Source: Gammaproteobacteria bacterium (GTDB lineage: Bacteria; Pseudomonadota; Gammaproteobacteria; GCA-002705445; GCA-002716945). Taken from it: DNA of 50,586 nucleotides. Positions 27,364 to 37,636 of this stretch are shown piece after piece. Location of the stretch: positions 1-50,586 of the forward strand of contig NZZP01000007.1 of the NCBI GenBank assembly GCA_002698665.1, written 5' to 3'. The translations under genes and the position numbers were made by a program. Below the pieces are notes generated by a model. It was not told the DNA's origin. It ran no database searches and saw nothing but the letters and a program-made list of their open reading frames with translations. The stretch's first letter is position 1. Every line of letters begins with the position of its first letter.

Positions 27364-28278
27364 ATGCCAAATAAAATTATAACTTATATAAAATCACTAA
27401 ATATATTCCAAATATTTTTAGGTTTATTTATATTAGGTCTCTTATATGGTGGAATGTCTTTATATACAAAATATTTAGGTTTCACTAAATTTATGAATCA
27501 AACAAAATTTGTTAATGTAAAAACAGTGCCTGTTAAAATTGATATTGCAAAAGAGACTTATAAGGCCATATCTATAGTAGAGTCTAGCGATTCTATTGAG
27601 ATTACCTCTAAAGTAAATGGATTAATTGATAATATACATTTTAAAGAGGGTACAACTGTAGACAAGGGCTCACTATTATATTCAATTATTTCTGCTGATA
27701 AGATCGGGCTCACTAAAATACATGCCCCTTTTAAAGGTAAAATAGGTCTTAGTAACAAAAATCTTGGAGACACAGTCATACGTGGTGATTTTTTAACAGC
27801 ATTAGACAATTATGATACTATGAAATTATCAGTTGATTTACCTGAAAGGCTCCTCCCTTTCTTAGTAGAAGATTTAGAATATGTTGCATCTTCAGATAAT
27901 TTACCAGGCATCTTCTATACCGGCAAACTAAGTTTTGTTGATACAAGAATAAATAATGAGACACGGACAATTAGTGCTTATTCTTTGCTAGATAATAGCA
28001 AACAAGAAATTAAACCCGGATTATTGATGAAATTGGATATATTTTTAAAACAAGTTCCTAACTCAATCCTTATTCCTGAGGAATCATTATTAAGTATAAA
28101 TAAGAAGCATTTTGTATATGTAGTAAATAATGATTTAGCACAACTTAAATCAGTTGAAATAGGCATAAGAAATGATGCCTTTATTCAAATCAAAAATGGT
28201 CTTACTAAGAATGATAGTGTTATCTACATGGGACAAGAAAAGCTTAAAGATGGATCAAAGATAAAGATTATTGAATAA
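27364..28278 (+). CDS. RND efflux pump periplasmic adaptor (membrane fusion protein)
   Basis: Has an N-terminal TM anchor and a lipoyl/barrel-sandwich-like segment (V.GLIDNIHFKEGTTVDKGSLLYSI..I.APFKGKIG). It lies immediately upstream of the RND permease. Confidence 0.8.
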   Translation: MPNKIITYIKSLNIFQIFLGLFILGLLYGGMSLYTKYLGFTKFMNQTKFVNVKTVPVKIDIAKETYKAISIVESSDSIEITSKVNGLIDNIHFKEGTTVDKGSLLYSIISADKIGLTKIHAPFKGKIGLSNKNLGDTVIRGDFLTALDNYDTMKLSVDLPERLLPFLVEDLEYVASSDNLPGIFYTGKLSFVDTRINNETRTISAYSLLDNSKQEIKPGLLMKLDIFLKQVPNSILIPEESLLSINKKHFVYVVNNDLAQLKSVEIGIRNDAFIQIKNGLTKNDSVIYMGQEKLKDGSKIKIIE

Positions 28279-28280
28279 CT

Positions 28281-31200
28281 ATGCATATATCAGAAGTAAC
28301 AGTTAAAAGACCAGTTTTCGCGACTGTGATTAGTCTTTTCCTTGTACTTGTTGGTATAGTATCATATGACAAGCTGACTATAAGAGAATATCCGGATATT
28401 GATAAACCTGTTGTAACTGTTACTACAGTATATCGTGGCGCATCTGCTGAAATTATAGAAAGAGATATAACTCAAGTTCTTGAAGATTCTCTTGCAGGCA
28501 TCTCTGATATAAAAGAGATTAAATCTGATAGTAGCGATGAAGTATCAAGTATCAGGATAGAGTTTTCTCTAGATAAAGATATGGAAACTGCTGCTAATGA
28601 TGTCAGAGAAAAAGTATCACGAGCTTCACCTAAACTTCCCCAAGATTCCGATCAACCGAGAGTAGCAAAATCAGACACTGATGCACGAGCTATATTATGG
28701 ATTGGTTTTAGCAGTAATCAATTGGATAGCATTGCATTAAATGATTATCTTGATAGAAATATTGTGGATAGACTATCTATTTTGCCAGGAGTGGCATCTA
28801 TAACAGTTGGCGGTGAGAGAAAATATGCGATACGTATATGGCTTAACCCTGATGAAATGTCAGCAAGAAAAATTACGGTTGACGATATCTTAACTGCTAT
28901 TAAAAGAGAAAATATAGAAAAACCTGCTGGGCGACTAGATTCAATGGAAAGAGAAATTGGTATCCAGGTTAAATCTAAATTGTCAGAAGTAAGTATGTTT
29001 AAAGATATTGTCATAAAAAAGATAAATGATAAAAAAATAAAGCTAGGTGATATATCCGATATAAGAATTGGAGCTGAAAATGAAAGAGGATTTCTTAGAG
29101 CTAATGGCGAAAATGCAATAGGTTTAGGTGTAGTGAGACAAACAAAATCGAATGTATTAAAAGTAGCATCAGCGGTCAAAAAAGAACTAGAAATTATTAG
29201 ACCAACATTGCCTGAAAATATCAATATGTTTATTGGTTATGATCAGTCTGTTTTTGTTGAAGAGTCTATTTCTGAGGTAAGATTTGCTCTTTTTATATCA
29301 TTATTAATGGTCATAGGTGTTATTTATTTTTTTTTGAGATCATCTGCAGCTACTTTTATACCTACAATTACAATTCCAGTTTCGTTGATTGCAACTTTTT
29401 ATATTATATACTTACTTGGATACTCACTTAATGTCCTTACGTTTCTTGCACTTGTATTAGCTATAGGATTAATTGTTGATGATTCAATTGTTGTTTTAGA
29501 AAATATTAAAAGAAGAATCGATACTGGTGAGCAAGCTTTTGAAGCATCAGTAAATGGTGCCAAGCAAATTACTTTTGTTGTTATTGCCACAACATTAGTT
29601 CTTATAAGTGTATTTTTACCTTTATCATTTATGGGAGGAAAAACAGGTAGACTCTTTATTGAGTTTGGTGTTGTTTTATCTTTTGCAGTTATTATATCTA
29701 GTATTGTAGCTCTTACATTAACACCGATGTTATGCTCTAAAATGGTTAAAGATGATGGCAATCTTACTGAACCAGATATAGTGACTAAATTTAGGTTATT
29801 TTATAGAGAGTCTCTATTAATATCTCAGAAAAATACAAAAAGAGTATACCTTTTCTCGGCTATTATGATTGTTGTTGCCATACTACTTTATCAAGTAATA
29901 CAAAAAGAACTAGCACCAACTGAGGATCGTGGAATTTTTATAATTTCAATTCAAGGGCCTGAAGGAGCTACTTTAGATTATACAGACAAGATTGTTACAG
30001 AAGTGGAAAGTAAGTTGAAACCATATTCGGATGATGGGGAAATATTTACAGTATTCTCAATTGTTGCTCCTGGTTTTTCAGGTAAGCCTGGTATGGTCAA
30101 CTCTGCTTTTATGTTTACAACACTTAATCAAGACTGGGCTGCTAGAAGACATCAACAAGATATTGTACGTGAGATATTCCCACAATTATTATCCATACCT
30201 GGAGCTAGAATATTTGCAATCAATCCTCCTAGCCTAGGTGGTAGCAGATTTAAACCACCTGTCGAAATTGTTATAAGTGGTACAAACTATGATGATGTTA
30301 ATGATTGGGGCAATATTCTTGTTAATGAATCAAAAAATCTGAAACTTCGTAATGCAAATATCGACTACAAAATTGATAATCCAAGATTAAATCTTAAGAT
30401 TAATAGGGATAAGGCTTATGACCTTGAAGTCCCTGCAGAAGCTATTGCTAGAACTATGGAAACACTTTTAGCATCAAATCAGGTTACAACCTTTTCTAAA
30501 GAAGGCTTAACATATAATGTCATTTTACAAGCAGATGAAAATTTCCGAATTAATACAAATAGCCTAGATAATATTTTCGTGAAATCATTATCCTCTAATT
30601 TAGTACCTTTATCTAATTTGGTTAGCTACCAAGAAACTTCTACTAGCGACAGCTTGAAAAGAATAAACAGAATGCCTTCTACAACATTCTCGGCCTCATT
30701 AGCGCCGGGTTATCCATTAGGTGATGCTTTATATGATCTTGATGATATTGCTAAATCAAAATTACCACCTAATGCAAAGATATCCTATGGTGGGAACTCA
30801 AAAGAATATTTTGAATCTGGTAATGCATTAGAAATTACATTACTTTTTGCAATACTTGTAGTTTATTTAGTCCTATCTGCTCAATTTGAAAGTTTCAGAA
30901 ATCCTATTGTAATAATCTTTACTGTACCTATAGCATTGACAGCTGGCTTATATACTCTTTTTTTAACTGGTACATCTATTAATGTATATAGTCAAATAGG
31001 GTTTTTAATGCTCATTGGCTTGATTACTAAAAATGGAATTCTTATTGTCGAATTCGCAAATCAATTAAGACTTAAAGGCAAAAGCATAGATGACGCTATA
31101 TTTGAATCTTCAATGATCAGATTCAGACCAGTCGTTATGACTACTATATCAACAATTTTAGGTGCTGTTCCGTTGGTAATTGGAAGTGGTGCTGGTTCTG

Positions 31201-31310
31201 AAAGTAGGTATGCTATGGCAATAGTAGTTCTTGGAGGAATTACTTTATCTTCTTTAATTACGTTATATCTAGTTCCAGCTTTATATAGTAGCATTCAAAA
31301 AAGATTCTAA
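28281..31310 (+). CDS. RND family efflux transporter permease (AcrB/AcrD/AcrF-type)
   Basis: A 1009-aa protein with 12-TM/two-loop architecture and the motifs VKRPVFATVISL, GLIVDDSIVVLENI and GLITKNGILIVEFAN. Confidence 0.93.
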   Translation: MHISEVTVKRPVFATVISLFLVLVGIVSYDKLTIREYPDIDKPVVTVTTVYRGASAEIIERDITQVLEDSLAGISDIKEIKSDSSDEVSSIRIEFSLDKDMETAANDVREKVSRASPKLPQDSDQPRVAKSDTDARAILWIGFSSNQLDSIALNDYLDRNIVDRLSILPGVASITVGGERKYAIRIWLNPDEMSARKITVDDILTAIKRENIEKPAGRLDSMEREIGIQVKSKLSEVSMFKDIVIKKINDKKIKLGDISDIRIGAENERGFLRANGENAIGLGVVRQTKSNVLKVASAVKKELEIIRPTLPENINMFIGYDQSVFVEESISEVRFALFISLLMVIGVIYFFLRSSAATFIPTITIPVSLIATFYIIYLLGYSLNVLTFLALVLAIGLIVDDSIVVLENIKRRIDTGEQAFEASVNGAKQITFVVIATTLVLISVFLPLSFMGGKTGRLFIEFGVVLSFAVIISSIVALTLTPMLCSKMVKDDGNLTEPDIVTKFRLFYRESLLISQKNTKRVYLFSAIMIVVAILLYQVIQKELAPTEDRGIFIISIQGPEGATLDYTDKIVTEVESKLKPYSDDGEIFTVFSIVAPGFSGKPGMVNSAFMFTTLNQDWAARRHQQDIVREIFPQLLSIPGARIFAINPPSLGGSRFKPPVEIVISGTNYDDVNDWGNILVNESKNLKLRNANIDYKIDNPRLNLKINRDKAYDLEVPAEAIARTMETLLASNQVTTFSKEGLTYNVILQADENFRINTNSLDNIFVKSLSSNLVPLSNLVSYQETSTSDSLKRINRMPSTTFSASLAPGYPLGDALYDLDDIAKSKLPPNAKISYGGNSKEYFESGNALEITLLFAILVVYLVLSAQFESFRNPIVIIFTVPIALTAGLYTLFLTGTSINVYSQIGFLMLIGLITKNGILIVEFANQLRLKGKSIDDAIFESSMIRFRPVVMTTISTILGAVPLVIGSGAGSESRYAMAIVVLGGITLSSLITLYLVPALYSSIQKRF

Positions 31311-31627
31311 TTATTAGGCAGTACCTCTAACCCAGTCTGTTTTGAAAAGTATTCGGATAAATCCTCAATATCTTGATCAGTTAATCCTGAAGCAAAGCCA
31401 GCCATAACAGCATTTTTACGTTCACCAGATCTATATGCATGGAGAGCATTACTAAGATAATTTTTGTATTGACCTGCTAATATTGGATACATTGTTATTT
31501 GAGAGTTACCATCAACTCCATGACAGCCAGCACATACTTGAGATTTTTCTTTACCAGCATCGTAGTCTGCATATGTATATGGTGGGATTAATAGCACTAC
31601 AAGTAATGGTAAGATAAATTTATTCAT
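31307..31627 (-). CDS. Monohaem class I c-type cytochrome (cytochrome c4-domain-like), exported
   Basis: Has a signal peptide, the haem motif CAGCHG, then PILAGQ...Y...R...M...LTDQDIEDLSEYF, the pattern of one cytochrome c4 domain. Confidence 0.8.
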   Translation of the reverse strand: MNKFILPLLVVLLIPPYTYADYDAGKEKSQVCAGCHGVDGNSQITMYPILAGQYKNYLSNALHAYRSGERKNAVMAGFASGLTDQDIEDLSEYFSKQTGLEVLPNN

Positions 31628-31938
31628 TTCAGTGACTCAAAATATTTAGCAATATCATCTATATCTTTATCTGATAGACCAACTGCATTAGCATGCATGG
31701 TATCATGATTCCTATCATTAGCCCTATAAGCTTTGAGAGCTAAAATAATATAATCAGCATGTTGACCAGCCAATTTAGGGACTTTATAGGTAGGATAAAC
31801 ATTGTTGTAGCCCGGGATTGCATGACATCCTAAACAGGTTTCTGATTTACTCTTGCCTGGCGATATCGCATCTGCAATTGTATATGATGATAATAATAAT
31901 AAAAGTGTGGCTACAAGTAATTTATTTATTGATTTCAT
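31624..31938 (-). CDS. Monohaem class I c-type cytochrome (cytochrome c4-domain-like), exported
   Basis: Has a signal peptide, CLGCHA, PKLAGQHADY and LSDKDIDDIAKYF. It has a 4-nt overlap with the downstream cytochrome gene. Confidence 0.8.
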   Translation of the reverse strand: MKSINKLLVATLLLLLSSYTIADAISPGKSKSETCLGCHAIPGYNNVYPTYKVPKLAGQHADYIILALKAYRANDRNHDTMHANAVGLSDKDIDDIAKYFESLK

Positions 31939-32036
31939 AGTATATTTAAGCCAGGATTATACACTATATTTATGAGAGATAAAACTTCATTTTTTTTGTA
32001 TAATAAATTAATAATCATTAGTTTTTGAATTAAATT

Positions 32037-32273
32037 ATGCCTATTTATGAATACAAATGCGAAAGTTGCGGCTCTATTTCTGAGTATTTTCAAAAATCAA
32101 CCGATGATGATATTGAAACATGTAAAATATGCAATACTAGCGGGAAAATGAAGAGACTTATATCATCATCAGGATTTAGGCTCAAAGGTTCTGGTTGGTA
32201 TGAGACTGATTTTAAAAAGAATATTAATAATCATGAAAAAAAAGCTGACACAAAGTCGAATAAAAATATTTAA
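32037..32273 (+). CDS. FmdB family zinc-ribbon protein
   Basis: MPIYEYKCESCG...CKICN is the classical CxxC...CxxC FmdB-type N-terminus. The protein is 78 aa. Confidence 0.75.
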   Translation: MPIYEYKCESCGSISEYFQKSTDDDIETCKICNTSGKMKRLISSSGFRLKGSGWYETDFKKNINNHEKKADTKSNKNI

Positions 32274-32290
32274 AATAGGTAATTTTGCAT

Positions 32291-34054
32291 ATGCGTCAAT
32301 ATTGTAGTCATATTACTAAAGAAAAAGTAGGTAAGAATGTTGAACTATTTGGTTGGGTGAGTAAGCGCCGTGACCATGGTGGTATTATTTTTATTGACTT
32401 GAGAGATTTTAGCGGTTTAGTACAATTAGTGTTTAGCCCAGACAATCAAGAAATCTTCACTAAGGCTGAATCTATAAGATCTGAGTATGTGATTCATGTT
32501 GAAGGTTTAATTAGCGAAAGGTCTGCTGAAACTGTAAACAATGAACTTTCCTCTGGTATGGTGGAGATTGAAGTAAACAAACTCATGATACTTAATAAAG
32601 CTGAGACACCTCCGTTTAAAATTAACGATGAAAATGTAAATGAAGACCAAAGATTAGAATATCGTTATCTTGATATGAGGAGCAACAAAATGCAAAATAA
32701 TATGAGATTTCGTTCAAATCTTATTAGATGTATAAGAGAATATTTTTATTCTGAAAACTTTATTGATGTGGAAACTCCTGTTTTAACCAAAACAACACCA
32801 GAAGGTGCGAGAGACTATTTAGTACCAAGTAGAATAAATCAGAATCAATTTTATGCTCTTCCACAATCTCCTCAACTATTCAAACAAACATTAATGATTG
32901 GTGGTATTGATAAATATTTTCAAATTGCTAAATGTTTTAGAGATGAGGATTTGAGGTCGGATCGACAACCAGAATTCACGCAGCTCGATGTTGAATTATC
33001 ATTTGTTCATGAAGATGATATAAAAAATCTTATAGAAAGATTATTCAAGAAAATATTTAAGGATACTCTAAATATCACTAAGGATATTACATTTTCTACA
33101 ATGACTTATAGTAATGCTATGCTTAATTATGGGTCTGATAAACCGGACTTGAGAAATCCTCTTATCTTACACGATGTGAAAGACATAATGCAAGATTGCG
33201 GACTTGATGTTTTTATGAAACATGCTAATCATGATGATTCGCGTATAGTTGCTATGAGAATGCCAAATGGCACTAGTAATCTTTCTAGAAAAGATATAGA
33301 TACTCTGACAGATAAAGTGAAAGACTTAGGTGCAAAAGGATTAGCTTATATGAAAGTTGAGGATATAGGAAACATTGAAAATGGAATTACATCTCCCATA
33401 AAAAAATTTTTACAAAACGATGTAATTAAAGCTATTTTAGATAAGGTGGATGCTCAAGATGGCGATATTATATTTTTTTCAGCTGATGTGGCTCAAATCG
33501 TAAATACATCTATGTCGTTTCTTATGGGTGAATTGGCAAAAAAATTTAACCTTCTCTCTAATGAGTGGAAATTATTATGGATTACAGACTACCCATTATT
33601 TGAAAAAGATAGTGATGGCAATCCAACACCTATGCACCATCCTTTTACTTCACCTGTTAATAATAATGACCTAGAATCAAAGGATATTTTCTCAATAGCA
33701 TCACGAGCTTACGATTTAATATTAAATGGAAATGAAATTGGCGGAGGATCCATAAGAATTCACTCCAAAGATATACAAGAAAGAATTTTTAAATTACTAA
33801 ATATAGATGATGATGAAATTAACAGCAAATTTGGATTTTTTCTAAAAGCCTTAGACTTTGGCTGCCCACCTCATGGTGGTATAGCTTTTGGGATTGACCG
33901 CTTAGTCATGTTGCTGCTTAATGAAGAATCTATAAGAGAAACAATAGCATTCCCAAAAACTCAGTCTGCATCATGTTTAATGACTAATGCACCATCTCAT
34001 GTAGATGATCAACAATTAGATGAATTATCATTATCTGCTAAGAAACCAAAATAA
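32291..34054 (+). CDS. aspS: Aspartate--tRNA ligase
   Basis: MRQYCSHI...VELFGWV, the OB fold, class II motifs ([35 protein letters not shown]) and the bacterial insertion domain are present. I preferred the start at ATG 32291 over TTG 32285. Confidence 0.96.
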   Translation: MRQYCSHITKEKVGKNVELFGWVSKRRDHGGIIFIDLRDFSGLVQLVFSPDNQEIFTKAESIRSEYVIHVEGLISERSAETVNNELSSGMVEIEVNKLMILNKAETPPFKINDENVNEDQRLEYRYLDMRSNKMQNNMRFRSNLIRCIREYFYSENFIDVETPVLTKTTPEGARDYLVPSRINQNQFYALPQSPQLFKQTLMIGGIDKYFQIAKCFRDEDLRSDRQPEFTQLDVELSFVHEDDIKNLIERLFKKIFKDTLNITKDITFSTMTYSNAMLNYGSDKPDLRNPLILHDVKDIMQDCGLDVFMKHANHDDSRIVAMRMPNGTSNLSRKDIDTLTDKVKDLGAKGLAYMKVEDIGNIENGITSPIKKFLQNDVIKAILDKVDAQDGDIIFFSADVAQIVNTSMSFLMGELAKKFNLLSNEWKLLWITDYPLFEKDSDGNPTPMHHPFTSPVNNNDLESKDIFSIASRAYDLILNGNEIGGGSIRIHSKDIQERIFKLLNIDDDEINSKFGFFLKALDFGCPPHGGIAFGIDRLVMLLLNEESIRETIAFPKTQSASCLMTNAPSHVDDQQLDELSLSAKKPK

Positions 34055-34059
34055 TATTT

Positions 34060-35040
34060 ATGAATTACCAAGATTATTTATATAAAATTAAAGATTTACT
34101 AATTACAAATGATGCAAAAATTGTAGCACATTATTATGTTGATGAATTAGTTCAACAATTAGCAGAAGATACAGGAGGATTTGTTAGTGACAGTCTAGAG
34201 ATGGCTCGTTATGGTATGCAGCAAAATGAATCTACATTAATTGTTGCGGGTGTGAAATTTATGGGTGAAACTGCAAAAATATTAAATCCTGATAAAAAAA
34301 TATTTATGCCTGATATGGATGCTACATGCTCGCTAGATTTGGGTTGTGACTATAGCGAATTTAAATATTTTTGTGATCAACATCCTGACAGGGAGGTTGT
34401 AGTATATGCAAACACAAGCGCCAAAGTGAAATCAATCGCAGACTGGGTGGTAACATCGAGTATCGCATTACCTTTAGTAGAGCATCTAACCTCAATGGGG
34501 AAAAAAATTATATGGGCGCCTGATAAGTATTTAGGAAATTATATTCTAGACCAAACCGGGGCTGATATGATTCTTTGGGACGGTTCATGTATTGTTCATG
34601 AAGAATATAAAACTATTGAATTAAAAAAACTCAAAGAACTATATCCTGAAAGTGATATTCTTGTTCATCCTGAATCACCAAGAAGTATAATACAATTAGC
34701 AGATGTTGTAGGTTCTACAACGCAATTAATTGAAGCCTCTAAAAAATCAAACAAAAAATATATTATTGTAGCAACTGAAAAAGGTATATTTTACCAGATG
34801 AAAAAATTATCTCCTGATAAAATATTTATGGAAGCACCGACTGAAGGCGAAGGAGCAACGTGTAAAAGTTGTGGAAGGTGTCCTTGGATGAATATGAATT
34901 CACTAGATAAAATATTAAATGTATTTAATTCTAACACTAACGAAATCAAGCTATCACATGATACAATACTCAAAGCTAAAAAATCTATAGATAGAATGAT
35001 TAGCTTTAGAGATAATAAAATTATTAACAAGGCATCTTAA
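34060..35040 (+). CDS. nadA: Quinolinate synthase NadA
   Basis: AHYY, FMGETAKIL, MPDMDATCSLD, VVYANTSA and VHPE are typical NadA motifs. Confidence 0.9.
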   Translation: MNYQDYLYKIKDLLITNDAKIVAHYYVDELVQQLAEDTGGFVSDSLEMARYGMQQNESTLIVAGVKFMGETAKILNPDKKIFMPDMDATCSLDLGCDYSEFKYFCDQHPDREVVVYANTSAKVKSIADWVVTSSIALPLVEHLTSMGKKIIWAPDKYLGNYILDQTGADMILWDGSCIVHEEYKTIELKKLKELYPESDILVHPESPRSIIQLADVVGSTTQLIEASKKSNKKYIIVATEKGIFYQMKKLSPDKIFMEAPTEGEGATCKSCGRCPWMNMNSLDKILNVFNSNTNEIKLSHDTILKAKKSIDRMISFRDNKIINKAS

Positions 35041-35041
35041 T

Positions 35042-35755
35042 ATGGCTGGGCATAGTAAATGGGCAAATATTCAACACAGAAAAAAAGCTCAAGATAATAA
35101 ACGAGGTAAAGTTTTCACTAAAGTTATAAGAGAAATAACTGTGGCTGCCAAAATAGGTGGCATTGATTCTAACAGTAACTCACGGTTACGATTAGCTTTA
35201 TCAAAGGCTAATGCGTCAAATGTCCCAAAAGATACAATTAAAAGAGCTATTGAAAAAGCTTCTGGCAATAATAATGATAACTTTGAGGAGATTACATATG
35301 AGGGCTATGGGCCAAAAGGAGTTGCAATTATAATTGAATGTCTTACTGATAATAAAAATAGAACTGTATCTGAACTAAGACATGTATTATCCAAGCATGG
35401 AGGCAGCTTAGGTACAAATGGATCCGTAGCTCACCTTTTTAGAAAAGTCGGGATTCTTAAATTGATTGATATTAGCGAAGATATTTTACTTAATCATATG
35501 GATGATGTTGAATTGCTTGATTTTGAGATTGCGGAAGGCGATTGTGTTATATTTACTGAACCAACTAATTTATATAATATAAAGAAATATTTTGAGTCAA
35601 AATCATTAACGGTATTGAATGAAGAAGTTATTATGGACCCCATAGTAACTATTGATATACCAGATGACGAAATAGAAAAAATTGTAGACTTATCTGATAA
35701 GATTGAGGATTTAGATGATGTTCAGAATATATATATGAATGTCAATCTTGCTTGA
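35042..35755 (+). CDS. yebC: YebC/PmpR family DNA-binding transcriptional regulator
   Basis: MAGHSKWANIQHRKKAQDNKRGKVFTK is the invariant family N-terminus. Confidence 0.93.
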   Translation: MAGHSKWANIQHRKKAQDNKRGKVFTKVIREITVAAKIGGIDSNSNSRLRLALSKANASNVPKDTIKRAIEKASGNNNDNFEEITYEGYGPKGVAIIIECLTDNKNRTVSELRHVLSKHGGSLGTNGSVAHLFRKVGILKLIDISEDILLNHMDDVELLDFEIAEGDCVIFTEPTNLYNIKKYFESKSLTVLNEEVIMDPIVTIDIPDDEIEKIVDLSDKIEDLDDVQNIYMNVNLA

Positions 35756-35757
35756 TA

Positions 35758-36255
35758 ATGTTAACTATATTAGGAATTGATCCTGGAACAAATATTACTG
35801 GTTTTGGATTAATAGAAGTCTCATCAGCAAAAATTAGGTATATTCACCATTCCATCATCAAAACCGGGCTCAAGAATAAGTATACAACTAAATTAGCTAT
35901 GATTAATGAAGCTACAAATATTATGATAAATAAATTTAAACCAAATCATGTTGCTATAGAATCTGTTTTTTTTAGTGTGAATGCTGGAACTGCTATTAAA
36001 TTAGGTCAAGCTAGGGGTGCTGCAATATGTGCATGCAGTAGACTAGGCATTGAGGTTTTTGAGTATAGTCCTAGAAGTGTAAAAATGATTGTAACGGAAA
36101 ATGGCGCAGCAGATAAAGAAGAGCTTCAAAAAAAAGTAAAAAAAATATTAAATATCAGAAGAAAACTTGAAATTGATGCATCAGATGCCCTGGGTATTGC
36201 AATATGCCATGGTATAACTTATTTCGAAAATCCAGATAAGCTAAAGAGTATATAA
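35758..36255 (+). CDS. ruvC: Crossover junction endodeoxyribonuclease RuvC
   Basis: ILGIDPGTNITGFGLI, AIESVFF and DASDALGIAICH are present. The synteny with yebC is as expected. Confidence 0.92.
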   Translation: MLTILGIDPGTNITGFGLIEVSSAKIRYIHHSIIKTGLKNKYTTKLAMINEATNIMINKFKPNHVAIESVFFSVNAGTAIKLGQARGAAICACSRLGIEVFEYSPRSVKMIVTENGAADKEELQKKVKKILNIRRKLEIDASDALGIAICHGITYFENPDKLKSI

Positions 36256-36257
36256 TA

Positions 36258-36899
36258 ATGAAATATCTTAAAATCAATGAGATTTTTTTTTCAATTCAGG
36301 GTGAAAGTCTTAATACAGGGATACCTACTGTATTCGTAAGGCTTACAGGTTGTCCCTTACGTTGCAATTATTGTGATACAAAATATGCTTTTAAGGAAGG
36401 AGTTAAGATGAGTCTATCAAACATCATCAAAAAGATAAAAAGCTATGACTCCAGATTTGTTACCATTACAGGTGGTGAACCCTTAGCACAGCATAATGTA
36501 TATAGCTTAATAGACTTACTTTTAGATAAATCTTTCACTGTATCTATAGAGACAAGCAATGGGTTATCAATAGAGAAAATAAATAAACATGTTGATATAG
36601 TTTTAGATATTAAAACCCCCGGATCAGGAGAGTGTGAAAAAAACATTATAGATAATTATCAATTTCTAAAAAAGACAGATCAAGTAAAGTTTGTTATTTG
36701 CGATATCAACGATTATCTATGGACAAAGGATTATATATATACATATAATCTTCATCAAATTTGTAATGTTTTGTTGTCGCCTAGTTATGATGAAATGCCT
36801 ATACGATTCCTTGCCGATAACATACTCAAGGATAAGTTACCTGCTAGACTTCAAACACAATTGCATAAAATTATTTGGGATAACGAACGTGGCAAGTAA
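36258..36899 (+). CDS. queE: 7-carboxy-7-deazaguanine synthase QueE (radical SAM)
   Basis: EIFFSIQGES and the radical-SAM cluster motif CPLRCNYCDT are present, along with ITGGEP. Confidence 0.9.
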   Translation: MKYLKINEIFFSIQGESLNTGIPTVFVRLTGCPLRCNYCDTKYAFKEGVKMSLSNIIKKIKSYDSRFVTITGGEPLAQHNVYSLIDLLLDKSFTVSIETSNGLSIEKINKHVDIVLDIKTPGSGECEKNIIDNYQFLKKTDQVKFVICDINDYLWTKDYIYTYNLHQICNVLLSPSYDEMPIRFLADNILKDKLPARLQTQLHKIIWDNERGK

Positions 36900-37569
36900 A
36901 AAAGCTATAGTTTTATTTTCAGGAGGTCTGGATTCTACAACTGTCCTTGCTAAAGCATTGTCTGAAAACTATGATGTGACTGCTTTGACAATTGATTATA
37001 AACAGAGACATATGTATGAGTTAGAAGCTAGTAGAAAAATATTAGTAAAATATCCAGATGTAAAACATATTATTTTTAAAATAGATTTAGCTAAGATAGG
37101 AGGATCTGCTCTAACTGACGAAAAGATTAACGTACCTTTAACAGAGTCAACTGGAATACCCCCGACATATGTACCGGCAAGAAATATCATATTCTTATCT
37201 ATTGCATGTTCGTACGCCGAAAAACTTGATATAAATAATATATTTATTGGAGTAAATTCAATTGATTATTCTGGATATCCAGATTGCAGACCTGAGTTTA
37301 TAGAATCTTTTCAGAAAATGGTCAATTTAGGTACAAAATATGGGGTTGAACAAAAGGGTATTAAAATACATACGCCATTAATAAGAATGTCTAAATCAGA
37401 AATAATCAAATATGGAACAGCTTTGAATGTAGATTATTCGATGACAGTTTCTTGCTACTCTCTAAACTCTATTGGACAGGCTTGTGGAGTATGTGATGCA
37501 TGCAGGTTTAGAAAAAAAGGATTTTTGGAAGCTAATATTGATGACCCGACTATTTATAAAAAAAATTAA
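36889..37569 (+). CDS. queC: 7-cyano-7-deazaguanine synthase QueC
   Basis: KKAIVLFSGGLDSTT (PP-loop) and the C-terminal zinc motif CYS...CGVCDACRFR are present. A GTG start at 36889 overlaps the queE stop. The longer ORF from 36691 is an out-of-frame read through queE. Confidence 0.9.
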   Translation: MASKKAIVLFSGGLDSTTVLAKALSENYDVTALTIDYKQRHMYELEASRKILVKYPDVKHIIFKIDLAKIGGSALTDEKINVPLTESTGIPPTYVPARNIIFLSIACSYAEKLDINNIFIGVNSIDYSGYPDCRPEFIESFQKMVNLGTKYGVEQKGIKIHTPLIRMSKSEIIKYGTALNVDYSMTVSCYSLNSIGQACGVCDACRFRKKGFLEANIDDPTIYKKN

Positions 37570-37636
37570 AAAATATAATGCTTATATTATACTTTGCTAA
37601 TATAATTATCTAAACATTAATCTTAATAGAGGTTTT

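Noticed and set aside
28745-29761. Two antisense ORFs (159 aa and 120 aa) inside the RND permease gene. Similar short antisense ORFs lie opposite secA, argJ, yeeE and soxA/Z/Y (for example 41126-41635).
   Set aside because: The reasoning is the same as for the other antisense ORFs. They are shadow ORFs of well-supported sense genes, with low-complexity hydrophobic translations and no independent signals.
36691-36888. A 66-codon N-terminal extension of the queC ORF that overlaps queE.
   Set aside because: The extension (MLFAISTIIYGQRIIY...) has no similarity to QueC, whose conserved PP-loop begins right after GTG 36889. It is an alternative-frame read-through of the queE 3' end.
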